Made by a program: the position numbers and the translations under genes. The notes below the pieces were generated by a model. It was not told where the DNA came from. It worked only from the letters and a program-made list of their open reading frames with translations, and ran no database searches. 36,198 nucleotides of DNA. It comes from Kiritimatiellia bacterium (GTDB lineage: Bacteria; Verrucomicrobiota; Kiritimatiellia; RFP12; UBA3636). The stretch spans positions 1 to 36,198 of the forward strand of contig JBJEVW010000263.1 in assembly GCA_051884735.1 (NCBI GenBank), given 5' to 3'. Of the stretch, positions 24,840-33,206 are shown piece by piece (the first letter of the stretch is position 1; the number at the start of each line of letters is the position of its first letter).

Positions 24840-25497
24840 GGCTATTCCTCCGTTTCTGGATACGAGGCTGATAATTTGCAGGCTTGCAGACCCAGACCTT
24901 AACGCCGATCAGACCGGCCGTGGTGTGGGCTTCGGCAAAACCGTATTCGATGTGGGCACGCAGGGTGTGCAGAGGAACGCGTCCCTCCTTCATCCATTCG
25001 GTGCGGGAGAGCTCGGCTCCGCCGATACGGCCGCAAGCCAGCATCTTGATTCCTTCGACACCGGTGTCCATCGCCGTCTTCTGCGCCTTCTTCATGGCAC
25101 GCTTGAGCGTGATGCGGTGCACCAGCTGCTCGGCAATGTTTTCGGCAATGAGCTGCGCATTGGCGTCAGGATCGCGAATCTCGTCAATCTGGAAGAAGAT
25201 GAGCTTGCCCGTTTTCTTGGCAAGAACCTTCTTCATCGCCTCGAGCTGCTCGCCGTTCTTGGAGCCCATGAGGACGCCGGGACGGGCCGTGAGGATTTGA
25301 ATGCGGATGCGGTTGGCGCTGCGCTCGATCTGGATCGAAGCGATCGCAGCTTCCTTCGCCGTCTTCTTGATGTAGTCGCGGATCATGCAGTCCTCGGCGA
25401 GAAAATCGCCAAAGGAGCGCTTGTCGGCGAACCAACGGGAACGCCAGTCGTGGTTGACGCCTACGCGAAACCCGATCGGATTAACTTTCTGTCCCAA
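24823..25497 (-). CDS. rpsC: 30S ribosomal protein S3 (TTG start)
   Basis: (M)GQKVNPIGFRVGVNHDWRSRWFA... The initiation codon at 25495-25497 reads TTG on the coding strand and is preceded by GGAGAAACACC. Confidence 0.96.
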   Translation of the reverse strand: MGQKVNPIGFRVGVNHDWRSRWFADKRSFGDFLAEDCMIRDYIKKTAKEAAIASIQIERSANRIRIQILTARPGVLMGSKNGEQLEAMKKVLAKKTGKLIFFQIDEIRDPDANAQLIAENIAEQLVHRITLKRAMKKAQKTAMDTGVEGIKMLACGRIGGAELSRTEWMKEGRVPLHTLRAHIEYGFAEAHTTAGLIGVKVWVCKPANYQPRIQKRRNSHAANA

Positions 25498-25508
25498 GGT
25501 GTTTCTCC

Positions 25509-25844
25509 TTACTTTTCGTCGCTGAGAACCACAGTGATGTGGCTCGTCTGTTTTTCAATGGGTTTGGCGGAACCGCGGGCACCGGGCCAATAGCGGCGCA
25601 TGCTGGGACCCTCGTCAAAAACGCACTTGGCGACGAAGAGGGTTTCCTGATCCAGACCAAAGTTGTGGCTGGCGTTGGCGGCAGCCGAACGAAGCGTCTT
25701 GGCCAAGAGAGCTGCTGCCTTGCGCGGGGAAAAATCGGTGATCTTGAGCGCATCGGCAAGGGACTTGCCCTTGACGGCACGGGCCAGATCGCGACCCTTC
25801 GAGGCGGAAATCCGCACGTTGCGGGTGATGGCTTTAACTTCCAT
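25509..25844 (-). CDS. rplV: 50S ribosomal protein L22
   Basis: MEVKAITRNVRISASKGRDLARAVKGKSLADAL... Confidence 0.96.
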   Translation of the reverse strand: MEVKAITRNVRISASKGRDLARAVKGKSLADALKITDFSPRKAAALLAKTLRSAAANASHNFGLDQETLFVAKCVFDEGPSMRRYWPGARGSAKPIEKQTSHITVVLSDEK

Positions 25845-25857
25845 GATGTGCCTCCGG

Positions 25858-26136
25858 TTACTTGGTCACCTTGTCCGTGGTGGCGCCATGGTGGCGGAAT
25901 GTGCGGGTAGGCGCAAATTCGCCGAGACGGTGTCCGACCATGTTTTCGGTGATGAAGATGGGAAGGAATTGCTTCCCGTTGTGGATGGCAAAGGTGAGAC
26001 CGACAAAATCGGGCGTGATCATCGAGCGGCGCGACCAAGTCTTGATAGGCTGCTTGCGCTGCGCGGCGTTCATCGCATCCACCTTCTTGAGGAGCTTCTC
26101 CTCGACATAGGGGCCTTTTTTAAGAGAACGGGGCAT
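25858..26136 (-). CDS. rpsS: 30S ribosomal protein S19
   Basis: [19 protein letters not shown]...[29 protein letters not shown]. Confidence 0.97.
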   Translation of the reverse strand: MPRSLKKGPYVEEKLLKKVDAMNAAQRKQPIKTWSRRSMITPDFVGLTFAIHNGKQFLPIFITENMVGHRLGEFAPTRTFRHHGATTDKVTK

Positions 26137-26142
26137 GGTTGA

Positions 26143-26967
26143 TTACTTTCTGCGCTTGAGGATGACACGATCGGAGGCCTTGTGAGGCTTGCGGGTCTTG
26201 CCGCCCTTGGCCAACTTGCCCCACGGAGAGACGGCGGGGCCGCCACCGGAGGTACGGCCTTCGCCACCGCCCATCGGGTGGTCGACAGGGTTCATGACAA
26301 CACCGCGGACAGTCGGACGGATGCCGAGCCAGCGTTTGCGGCCGGCTTTGCCGAGGAGGATGCCCTCCGCTTCGCCGTTTCCGACTACGCCAATGGTCGC
26401 CTTGCAATTTTCGAGGAAACGACGCTCCTCGCCCGAAGGCATGCGAAGCGTAACGTATCCGCCGTCCTTGGACATGACTTGTGCAGAGCTGCCGGCCGTG
26501 CGGACGATCTTGCCGCCGCGTCCGGGGACGAGTTCGACATTGTGGACTTCCATGCCCAGCGGAATTTTCGCAAGGGACATGAAGTTGCCGACCTCGGGCT
26601 CCGCCTCGTCGGAGGCGATGACCTTGGCGCCAACCTGAAGACCTTCAGGGGCGAGGATGTAGCGCTTCTCGCCATCGACATAGGCCAGAAGAGCGATATA
26701 GCAGGTGCGGTTCGGATCGTACTCGATCGCCTGGACGGCGGCAGGAATGCCTACCTTGTCGCGACGGTAATCGATGATGCGGTAACGACGCTTGACGCCA
26801 CCGCCGCGATGGCGGATGGAAATGCGGCCAAAGCAGTCGCGACCGGCCTTGGAACGCTTCGCAACCGTGAGGCGGCGTTCGGGCTTCGTCTTTGTTACCT
26901 GCTCAAAAGTCGAGACCGTCGCAGTGCGGCGACTCGGCGTATAGGGCTTGTAGGATTTGATACCCAT
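26143..26967 (-). CDS. rplB: 50S ribosomal protein L2
   Basis: MGIKSYKPYTPSRRTATVSTFE...RHRGGGVKRRYRIIDY...MNPVDHPMGGGEGR. Confidence 0.98.
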   Translation of the reverse strand: MGIKSYKPYTPSRRTATVSTFEQVTKTKPERRLTVAKRSKAGRDCFGRISIRHRGGGVKRRYRIIDYRRDKVGIPAAVQAIEYDPNRTCYIALLAYVDGEKRYILAPEGLQVGAKVIASDEAEPEVGNFMSLAKIPLGMEVHNVELVPGRGGKIVRTAGSSAQVMSKDGGYVTLRMPSGEERRFLENCKATIGVVGNGEAEGILLGKAGRKRWLGIRPTVRGVVMNPVDHPMGGGEGRTSGGGPAVSPWGKLAKGGKTRKPHKASDRVILKRRK

Positions 26968-27002
26968 TTTGGATTCTCCGTGAAGAGGGATTCAGACCGG
27001 GG

Positions 27003-27287
27003 TTAGAGCAAGTCAATCTTGTCGCCCGGCTTGAGGGTGACGATTGCGCGTTTCCAGTCAGGAGCCTTCACCGTCTTCCGATTGCGGAGCGTCTTCGTCT
27101 TGCCCTCGTAATTCTGGGTGTTGACGGAGAGGACGGTGACGTTGAAGAAGTCCTCGACGGCCTTCTTGATTTCAGCCTTGTTCGCGGCCCGATCGACGCG
27201 AAGCATGTAGCGGTTGAGCGCCTCTTGCATGCCGATGCCCTTTTCGGTGGTCATCACGGCTTTGATAATGGTATTCTGGTGCTTCAT
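27003..27287 (-). CDS. rplW: 50S ribosomal protein L23
   Basis: ...MLRVDRAANKAEIKKAVEDFFNVTVLSVNT...; synteny between rplD and rplB. Confidence 0.95.
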   Translation of the reverse strand: MKHQNTIIKAVMTTEKGIGMQEALNRYMLRVDRAANKAEIKKAVEDFFNVTVLSVNTQNYEGKTKTLRNRKTVKAPDWKRAIVTLKPGDKIDLL

Positions 27288-27290
27288 GCC

Positions 27291-27929
27291 TTAGGATTCC
27301 TTCCGGGTAGAGGCGATGCGCGTCTTGAGGTCTTCCCATGCGGGACGGGAAACGACGACCTTGCGGTGCAGCATCATCTGGTAGAGGGAAGCGCGGTCGG
27401 CAGTGGCAACTTCCACGGCGGGAAGATTGTTTGCGGCCATCAGGAGCTTTTCATCGTAAGCCTTGACCAGCAAGAGCGCATTCTCGGCGTCCAGATTCTT
27501 GAGGACGGAAACGAGTTCCTTCGTCTTGGGCTGTTCGAGGGAGATGTCCTCGACAACGATGAGCGAACCATCCGCGATACGGTCGGAGACGACGCGACGG
27601 AACGCGAGGCGGGCGACCTTCTTGTTTACCTTGAGAGAGAAATCGCGGGGGTGTGGGCCGAACGCAACGCCACCGCCACGCCACACGGGCGACTGACGGA
27701 GACCTGCACGGGCACGACCGGTCTTCTTCTGCTTCCAGGGCTTCTTGTTCGAACCGGAAACCTCGCCTTTGGAAAGCGTGGATGCGGTACCGGCGCGGCG
27801 GCCGGCCAAGAAACCGACGATTGTGTCATGGACGGCCTGTGCGCCGCGATCGAGGACCATGTCCTCGTCGGCAAAATCAATGCCGCCTTTTTCCTGACCA
27901 TTGCGGTCAAACAGTTTGATGGTAGCCAT
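27291..27929 (-). CDS. rplD: 50S ribosomal protein L4
   Basis: ...SGSNKKPWKQKKTGRARAGLRQSPVWRGGGVAFGPHPRDF... Confidence 0.97.
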   Translation of the reverse strand: MATIKLFDRNGQEKGGIDFADEDMVLDRGAQAVHDTIVGFLAGRRAGTASTLSKGEVSGSNKKPWKQKKTGRARAGLRQSPVWRGGGVAFGPHPRDFSLKVNKKVARLAFRRVVSDRIADGSLIVVEDISLEQPKTKELVSVLKNLDAENALLLVKAYDEKLLMAANNLPAVEVATADRASLYQMMLHRKVVVSRPAWEDLKTRIASTRKES

Positions 27930-27935
27930 ATCGCC

Positions 27936-28568
27936 TTACGCCTTCTTGATAGCCTTGCGAATGATAAGCATCGAACCATTGGCGCCGGGAACGGCTCCGC
28001 GAACGAGAATCAGATTCTGCTCGGGGCGAACGGATTCGACCTTGAGGTTTTGAACGGTGCACTGGCGATTTCCCGTATCGCCGGGCATGGGGTGCCCCTT
28101 CTCGACGGAACCCGGCGTCTGGCGCATGCCGATGGAGCCGGGACGGCGCTTGACGTGACCGCCGTGCGTGTGGGGACCGCCGGAGAAGCCCCAACGGCGC
28201 ATGACGCCCATGAAGCCCTTGCCCTTGGAAGTGGCCGTAATGTCGACAAACGCGACATCTTTGAAAATATCGACCGTGTAGACGGTGCCGGCTTCTGTCT
28301 TGTCCGAGGCATCCGCCTTGAACTCGCGCAGAACACTGACGGGCGTCTCGATTCCGGCCTTGGCCGTGTGGCCGACTTCAGCCTTCGAAAGGCGGGAGGC
28401 CTTCTGAGGAGCCCAACCGAGCTGGACGGCCTCGTAGCCATCTTTGTCGGCAGCTTTGACTTGGACGACGGGACAAGGGCCCGCCTCGATGACCGTAACG
28501 GGAACACGGACGCCGTCCTTGTCCCAGATCTGGGTCATCCCGATTTTCTTTCCGATCAAGCCTTGCAT
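27936..28568 (-). CDS. rplC: 50S ribosomal protein L3
   Basis: MQGLIGKKIGMTQIWDKDGVRVPVTVIEAGPCPVVQVK... Confidence 0.97.
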   Translation of the reverse strand: MQGLIGKKIGMTQIWDKDGVRVPVTVIEAGPCPVVQVKAADKDGYEAVQLGWAPQKASRLSKAEVGHTAKAGIETPVSVLREFKADASDKTEAGTVYTVDIFKDVAFVDITATSKGKGFMGVMRRWGFSGGPHTHGGHVKRRPGSIGMRQTPGSVEKGHPMPGDTGNRQCTVQNLKVESVRPEQNLILVRGAVPGANGSMLIIRKAIKKA

Positions 28569-28579
28569 GGGATGGTTCC

Positions 28580-28888
28580 TTAAATCTTGATTGTGATATC
28601 GACACCGGCAGGCAGATTGAGCTTCTTCAACTCTTCGACCGTCTTTCCGGTGGGATTGATGATATCGAGGACGCGCTTGTGGGTGCGCATCTCGAACTGA
28701 TCCATGGACTTTTTGTCCACATGCGGGCTACGATTCACGGTGAACCGCTCGATACGGGTCGGCAGCGGAACGGGTCCGACCACTTCGGATCCGTTGGAAC
28801 GGGCCGTATTCACGATTTCGGAAACGGCTCCATCCAGGATGCGATGGTCATAACCCTGCATGCGGATTCTGATACGTTGATTAGGCAT
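28580..28888 (-). CDS. rpsJ: 30S ribosomal protein S10
   Basis: [22 protein letters not shown]...[24 protein letters not shown]. It starts only 5 nt after the fusA stop. Confidence 0.97.
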   Translation of the reverse strand: MPNQRIRIRMQGYDHRILDGAVSEIVNTARSNGSEVVGPVPLPTRIERFTVNRSPHVDKKSMDQFEMRTHKRVLDIINPTGKTVEELKKLNLPAGVDITIKI

Positions 28889-28893
28889 GGTGA

Positions 28894-31014
28894 TTACCTG
28901 TTCAGGATTTCTTCTTTGACGGCGCGTGGGACAATCGCAAACTGCTCAGGCTGCATGGAGTAGGATGCGCGTCCCCGCGAGAGGGAACGGATGGCCGTTG
29001 CATATCCAAACAGTTCCGCCAGCGGAACCGCCGCGTGAATGGTCTGCATGTCGCCACGCATTTCCATTTCGCGAACCTGTCCGCGGCGGCCGTTCAAATC
29101 CCCCATGAGATCGCCGGTGAATTCCGGCGGCGTCACGAGCTCGACGGCCATGATCGGTTCAAGCAGTTCGGGGTTTGCCGCTTCCGCAGCTTGGCGGAAC
29201 GCCAAAATGGCCGCTGTGCGGAAGGCCATTTCAGTCGCGCTGTCGGGATCGACAACGCCGCCGTCGGTGACGCGGACGAAAACGTCCTGCATCGGGAAGC
29301 GTGCAAGCACACCCGTAAGGATGGCATCTCGGAGGCCCTGCTCGATGGCACTCCAAAACTCAGGCGGAATCGTATTGCGGGGGGGCTTGACCTCGACGAG
29401 GTTGCCTTCCCCGCGTCCCCTTGCGGAGACGTGCACGGCTACGATGGCAGCCTGACGGCGACCACCGATTTCGCGATCGAACGTTTCCCGTCCGTCCGCT
29501 TCTCCGGTGATCGTCTCGGAATACGAAACCATTGGTTTTCCGGTGTTGGCAGGCACACGGAATTCGCGCAACAGACGGTCGCGCAAAATCTCCAGGTGAA
29601 GCTCTCCCATGCCGGCGACAATCGTCTGCCCCGTCTCTTCGTCCTCGCGGACGCGGCAGGTCGGATCTTCATCGGCAAGCATCTGAAGCGCTTCCTGAAG
29701 CTTATCCTTGTCTGCGCGAGACTTCGGCTCGATCGCCATCGACATGACGGGTTCGGGAAATTCAATCGCATCCAGCGCGACCTGTGCATTCTCCGCACAG
29801 ACCGTATCGCCGGTCGTGAATTTTCCGATCCCGCCGAGCACACCAATCTCCCCGCTGTAAATGGCGTCCGTATCCGTCTGCATGTTGGAATGCATGCGAA
29901 TCAAGCGCAAGACACGGTCGCGGGTCCGGGTACGGGGATTCCAGACATTCATTCCCTTGCGGAGAACGCCTGAATAAACCCGGACAAAGAGAAGTCGGCC
30001 GAGATAGGGATCTACGGCAACTTTGAAAACAAGTCCGGCCAAAGGAGCGGAATCGTCCGCCGGACGCTGCACGGTTTTGCCCGTGCGGATTTCCGTTGCT
30101 TCGACAGGCGGAACGTCAAGCGGCGAAGGCAGATAGCGCACCACCGCATCAAGAAGCGGCTGGACGCCCTTGTCCTTCAAGGCCGTTCCGCAAAGCACCG
30201 GAACCAGTTTCCGGGCGACAACGCAACGGCGAAGCGCCGCATGGATGTCGTCCTCCCGAATCTCATCACCAGCGAGATAGATATCCGCAAAAGCTTCATC
30301 CGCTTCCGCAATCTGCTCGATCATCTTGTCACGAGAGGCCTGCGCCTCTGCAAGGAGTCCGGCGGGCACGTCTTCAACGACGGGACGCACGCCTAAATCT
30401 TCCTCGAGATAGGTCACAGACTTCATGGAGATGAGGTCAATCGCACCGCGAAACGTGTCGGCAACTCCAATCGGAAGCTGAAGAGCCACGGCATTCGTGT
30501 TCAGCTTCGACCTGATTTCCTCGACAACATTTCCGAAGTTCGCGCCCATGCGGTCCATCTTGTTGACGAATGCAAGGCGGGGAACTTGATAGCGATCGGC
30601 CTGACGCCATACGGTCTCCGATTGCGGCTGGACACCGGCGACGGCGCAAAAGACGCCGACCGCTCCATCCAATACGCGAAGGCTGCGCTCCACCTCGACG
30701 GTGAAATCGACATGGCCGGGCGTATCGACAAGGTTCACCTGCTTGCCGGCCCACTCGCAAGTGGTCGCCGCAGAGGTGATGGTGATGCCACGCTCGCGCT
30801 CCTGCACCATCCAGTCCATGGTGGCATTGCCGTCATGGACTTCGCCGATCTTGTGGATCTTGCCGGCGTAGAACAGGATGCGTTCGGAAACCGTCGTCTT
30901 TCCGGCATCGATATGGGCAATGATTCCAATGTTGCGCACATCGGCAAGCGCATGGCTGCGCCCTGCGGCGGTACCTTGCGTCTTCTTGCTGTTGTTTGTG
31001 GAATCGTTGCTCAC
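28894..31014 (-). CDS. fusA: Translation elongation factor G, 706 aa (GTG start, N-terminal extension of about 15 aa)
   Basis: [24 protein letters not shown]...[13 protein letters not shown]...[10 protein letters not shown]...FVNKMDR. There is no in-frame ATG upstream of the G1 motif. GTG at 31012-31014 is preceded by GGAG. Confidence 0.95.
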   Translation of the reverse strand: MSNDSTNNSKKTQGTAAGRSHALADVRNIGIIAHIDAGKTTVSERILFYAGKIHKIGEVHDGNATMDWMVQERERGITITSAATTCEWAGKQVNLVDTPGHVDFTVEVERSLRVLDGAVGVFCAVAGVQPQSETVWRQADRYQVPRLAFVNKMDRMGANFGNVVEEIRSKLNTNAVALQLPIGVADTFRGAIDLISMKSVTYLEEDLGVRPVVEDVPAGLLAEAQASRDKMIEQIAEADEAFADIYLAGDEIREDDIHAALRRCVVARKLVPVLCGTALKDKGVQPLLDAVVRYLPSPLDVPPVEATEIRTGKTVQRPADDSAPLAGLVFKVAVDPYLGRLLFVRVYSGVLRKGMNVWNPRTRTRDRVLRLIRMHSNMQTDTDAIYSGEIGVLGGIGKFTTGDTVCAENAQVALDAIEFPEPVMSMAIEPKSRADKDKLQEALQMLADEDPTCRVREDEETGQTIVAGMGELHLEILRDRLLREFRVPANTGKPMVSYSETITGEADGRETFDREIGGRRQAAIVAVHVSARGRGEGNLVEVKPPRNTIPPEFWSAIEQGLRDAILTGVLARFPMQDVFVRVTDGGVVDPDSATEMAFRTAAILAFRQAAEAANPELLEPIMAVELVTPPEFTGDLMGDLNGRRGQVREMEMRGDMQTIHAAVPLAELFGYATAIRSLSRGRASYSMQPEQFAIVPRAVKEEILNR

Positions 31015-31165
31015 CGACTTGCTCCGGAGAGAATGGGTTTCGTATTTTTTAGGTTTTCAAAGAACAAGTCCGGACGTTTCGGTCCGGAACCGGTCCGCTC
31101 TCGCGGAACCGTCAAAATTCTTGTTTTCCCCGATGCAGCCGCAACCGGGGAAAAATCGCGGCTTG

Positions 31166-31645
31166 TTAGAAGCCGTAATGGGCAAAGGCGCGGTTCGCCT
31201 GAGCCATCTTGTGCGTGTCGTCGCGCTTCTTGATCACGTTGCCCGTGTTGTTGTAGGCATCGAGAAGCTCGGTGGCGACGGCCTGCGGCATGGAAACGCC
31301 ACGACGGCCGGAAGCATACGTCGTAAGCCAACGGAGCGCAAGCGCGAGACGGCGGGACGGATGGATTTCGACCGGCACCTGATAGGAGGCGCCACCGACA
31401 CGGCGAGACTTGACCTCGACCGATGGCTTCATGTTGTTGACGGCACTGTCGAGCACCTCAAGGACATCCTTCCCTTCGACTTTGGCGCCGAGTTCTGTGA
31501 TGGCGCCGTACACAATGCGCTGGGCAACGGTTTTCTTACCCTTGCGCATGAAGTAGTTGATCATGTGGGCGACCAACTCGGATCCATACTTCGGATCGAC
31601 TTGGACAGCGCGCTTGGCAACGGATTTCTTGGACCTTCTGGGCAT
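31166..31645 (-). CDS. rpsG: 30S ribosomal protein S7
   Basis: MPRRSKKSVAKRAVQVDPKYGSELVAHMINYFMRKGKK... Confidence 0.97.
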   Translation of the reverse strand: MPRRSKKSVAKRAVQVDPKYGSELVAHMINYFMRKGKKTVAQRIVYGAITELGAKVEGKDVLEVLDSAVNNMKPSVEVKSRRVGGASYQVPVEIHPSRRLALALRWLTTYASGRRGVSMPQAVATELLDAYNNTGNVIKKRDDTHKMAQANRAFAHYGF

Positions 31646-31670
31646 GGTAGCTTCTTTCTGCTCTATAGGA

Positions 31671-32042
31671 TTACTTGCCGCGCTTCATGCCGTACTTGGA
31701 ACGGCCTTGCTTACGACCATTGACACCGAGGCAGTCGAGGGTGCCGCGAACCACGTGGTAACGGACACCCGGAAGGTCAGCAACACGTCCGCCGCGCACG
31801 AGAACAACGCTGTGCTCCTGGAGGTTGTGGCCAACTCCGCCAATGTAAGCGGTCACTTCATACCCTGTGGTGAGACGAACACGGCAGACCTTGCGGAGAG
31901 CGGAGTTCGGCTTCTTCGGAGTCTGCGTCTTCACCAGAAGGCACACGCCGCGGCGCTGCGGGCAATTCTTGAGAGCCGGAGACTTGCTCTTCTTCGAGAG
32001 CGACGTACGGCCTTTGCGAACAAGCTGGTTGATGGTGGGCAT
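31671..32042 (-). CDS. rpsL: 30S ribosomal protein S12
   Basis: [51 protein letters not shown]... The ATG at 32042 is used and the longer track ORF is rejected. Confidence 0.97.
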   Translation of the reverse strand: MPTINQLVRKGRTSLSKKSKSPALKNCPQRRGVCLLVKTQTPKKPNSALRKVCRVRLTTGYEVTAYIGGVGHNLQEHSVVLVRGGRVADLPGVRYHVVRGTLDCLGVNGRKQGRSKYGMKRGK

Positions 32043-32080
32043 AGGAAATGAATTACGTTTAATTTGAAAAGCGGTTTTCA

Positions 32081-32109
32081 AGTCTAACAGAAGAGTTTCA
32101 AAAAAGCAA
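32081..32109 (-). promoter_or_regulatory. Candidate sigma-70-type promoter for the rpsL super-operon (-35 TTGCTT, 17-nt spacer, -10 TAGACT)
   Basis: The minus strand reads TTGCTTttttgaaactcttctgtTAGACT in an AT-rich stretch about 40 nt upstream of the rpsL ATG. This is a sequence match only. Confidence 0.3.
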
Positions 32110-32214
32110 CTACCCCCACTCTTTTCTCGCTTAATCGTCAAAAAGCGTTTATGAAAGCAACTTTTCGAAATATCGAGATTCGCCAAACCATCCTTTTCCG
32201 GAAAATCAGCCCCA

Positions 32215-32575
32215 CTGGCGGCCACAAAGACAAGCCACAAAGCAAAGCCGCGCGAAAAAGAACACAAAGGAACACAAAGACCATTACGCTGAAGGGATAG
32301 AAACACAAAGGCGGTGAGCCACCGCGGGCGGAAGAAAAACTCCACTTTTTTAGGGTTTCAAAATGCGCCCGAAGAAAAAACAAAAATCGCTTTGTGGTTT
32401 TCCGTTCCAGTTCCTTAGCCTTTGTGTTCCTATCCATCCCGCTCAAACGTTCTTTGTGTTCCTTTGTGGTAAAAATCGCGCGGCCAAGATCATTGGCCGT
32501 CGGGCCTTCCGACCCTTTGTGTTCCAATACAACCCGCTCAAAAGTTCTTTATGTTCCTTTGTGGTAAAAATTCAA
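32215..32575. repeat. Array of CTTTGTG-box repeat units: one inverted unit (about 32215-32330) followed by forward units starting at 32390, 32462 and 32557
   Basis: Five CACAAAG boxes lie at 32224-32310 (box starts 32224, 32237, 32263, 32273, 32304). Seven CTTTGTG / CTTTATG boxes lie at 32390-32563. The unit 32462-32556 is about 85% identical to 1-96. Hairpins are GCGGTG-AGC-CACCGC at 32311-32325 and GTCGG-GCCTT-CCGAC at 32499-32513. Confidence 0.75.
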
Positions 32576-32640
32576 AACTCACTTTCCGCTCACTCGCCAA
32601 CCCGCAGTCTCAGTCGCACTATTTTTTTTGACCATAGTAT

Positions 32641-33039
32641 GCACCCTTATCCCGGAAAAATTCGGGATAAATGATCCCAGGTTTTCAATTTCGCTTGAAA
32701 ACACTAGCGAAAATCGATTTTCGCTAGACAAAAAGAAAAGGAGAGACTTTTTTCCGGATTCCACCATCATGGCGGCGCGAGCCGGGAGGCCCGGCGGCCA
32801 AGCATCGCGCCCTACCGGCCATACCGCTCCATCGCACACGCTCGTGCCCCGTTGCGGTAGGGCGCGATGTCCTCATCGCGCCGCCACCCCGCGCACCGCG
32901 CATACGCGAGTTTTCGTTTCGCCACTTGGAAAGGTCTGCGGCATTTTTGCAAGACGGAGATAATAGGTTGTGCCTTTGTTTGCAAGGCGTTGCCCCGGTT
33001 CCGGGAGCATTCATCCCGAAAAACCGGGATAAGGGTGTC
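32641..33039. repeat. 399-bp element bounded by imperfect inverted repeats of about 37 bp (32641-32678 and 33003-33039), MITE-like. The interior carries REP-like modules and three consecutive hairpins
   Basis: The left end is gCACCCTTATCCCGGaaaaattCGGGATaAATGaTCCC. The reverse complement of the right end is gaCACCCTTATCCCGGtttttCGGGATgAATGcTCCC. Each end is itself a hairpin. I could not identify a target-site duplication or a transposase. Confidence 0.55.
32704..32727. promoter_or_regulatory. Perfect 24-bp palindrome CTAGCGAAAATCGATTTTCGCTAG. Possible dimeric-protein operator or RNA/DNA hairpin
   Basis: Verified base by base as its own reverse complement. It is immediately preceded by hairpin GTTTTCAA-tttcgc-TTGAAAAC (32681-32702). 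Confidence 0.5.
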
Positions 33040-33206
33040 ACAAACAAGAGCCATCATGCACACGAAGCGGCAGGCGCGACATTGCATCGCACCCGCCGTG
33101 CGGTTTTTGCGCGTACCCTCGCCATCCCGCACTCTCTACGCGTTTTGCATGCCGCGGGTTCGTCCGCGGCACATGCGCGGCAGGGCAACTCCCCCCGTCT
33201 GACGCC

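Noticed and set aside
32215-32575. CRISPR array hypothesis for the periodic repeats upstream of rpsL and at 1-175.
   Set aside because: Whole units of about 95 bp, including the would-be spacers, are conserved between copies. The repeats are heptamer boxes rather than 28-37-bp direct repeats separated by unique spacers. Part of the array is inverted, and no cas genes are present.
33151-33170. Hairpin GCCGCGG-gttcgt-CCGCGGC, considered as the terminator of the 873-aa gene.
   Set aside because: It lies about 40 nt downstream of the stop, but no U-tract follows on the minus-strand transcript. It may still be a Rho-dependent or stabilising structure, but it cannot be called a terminator from the sequence.
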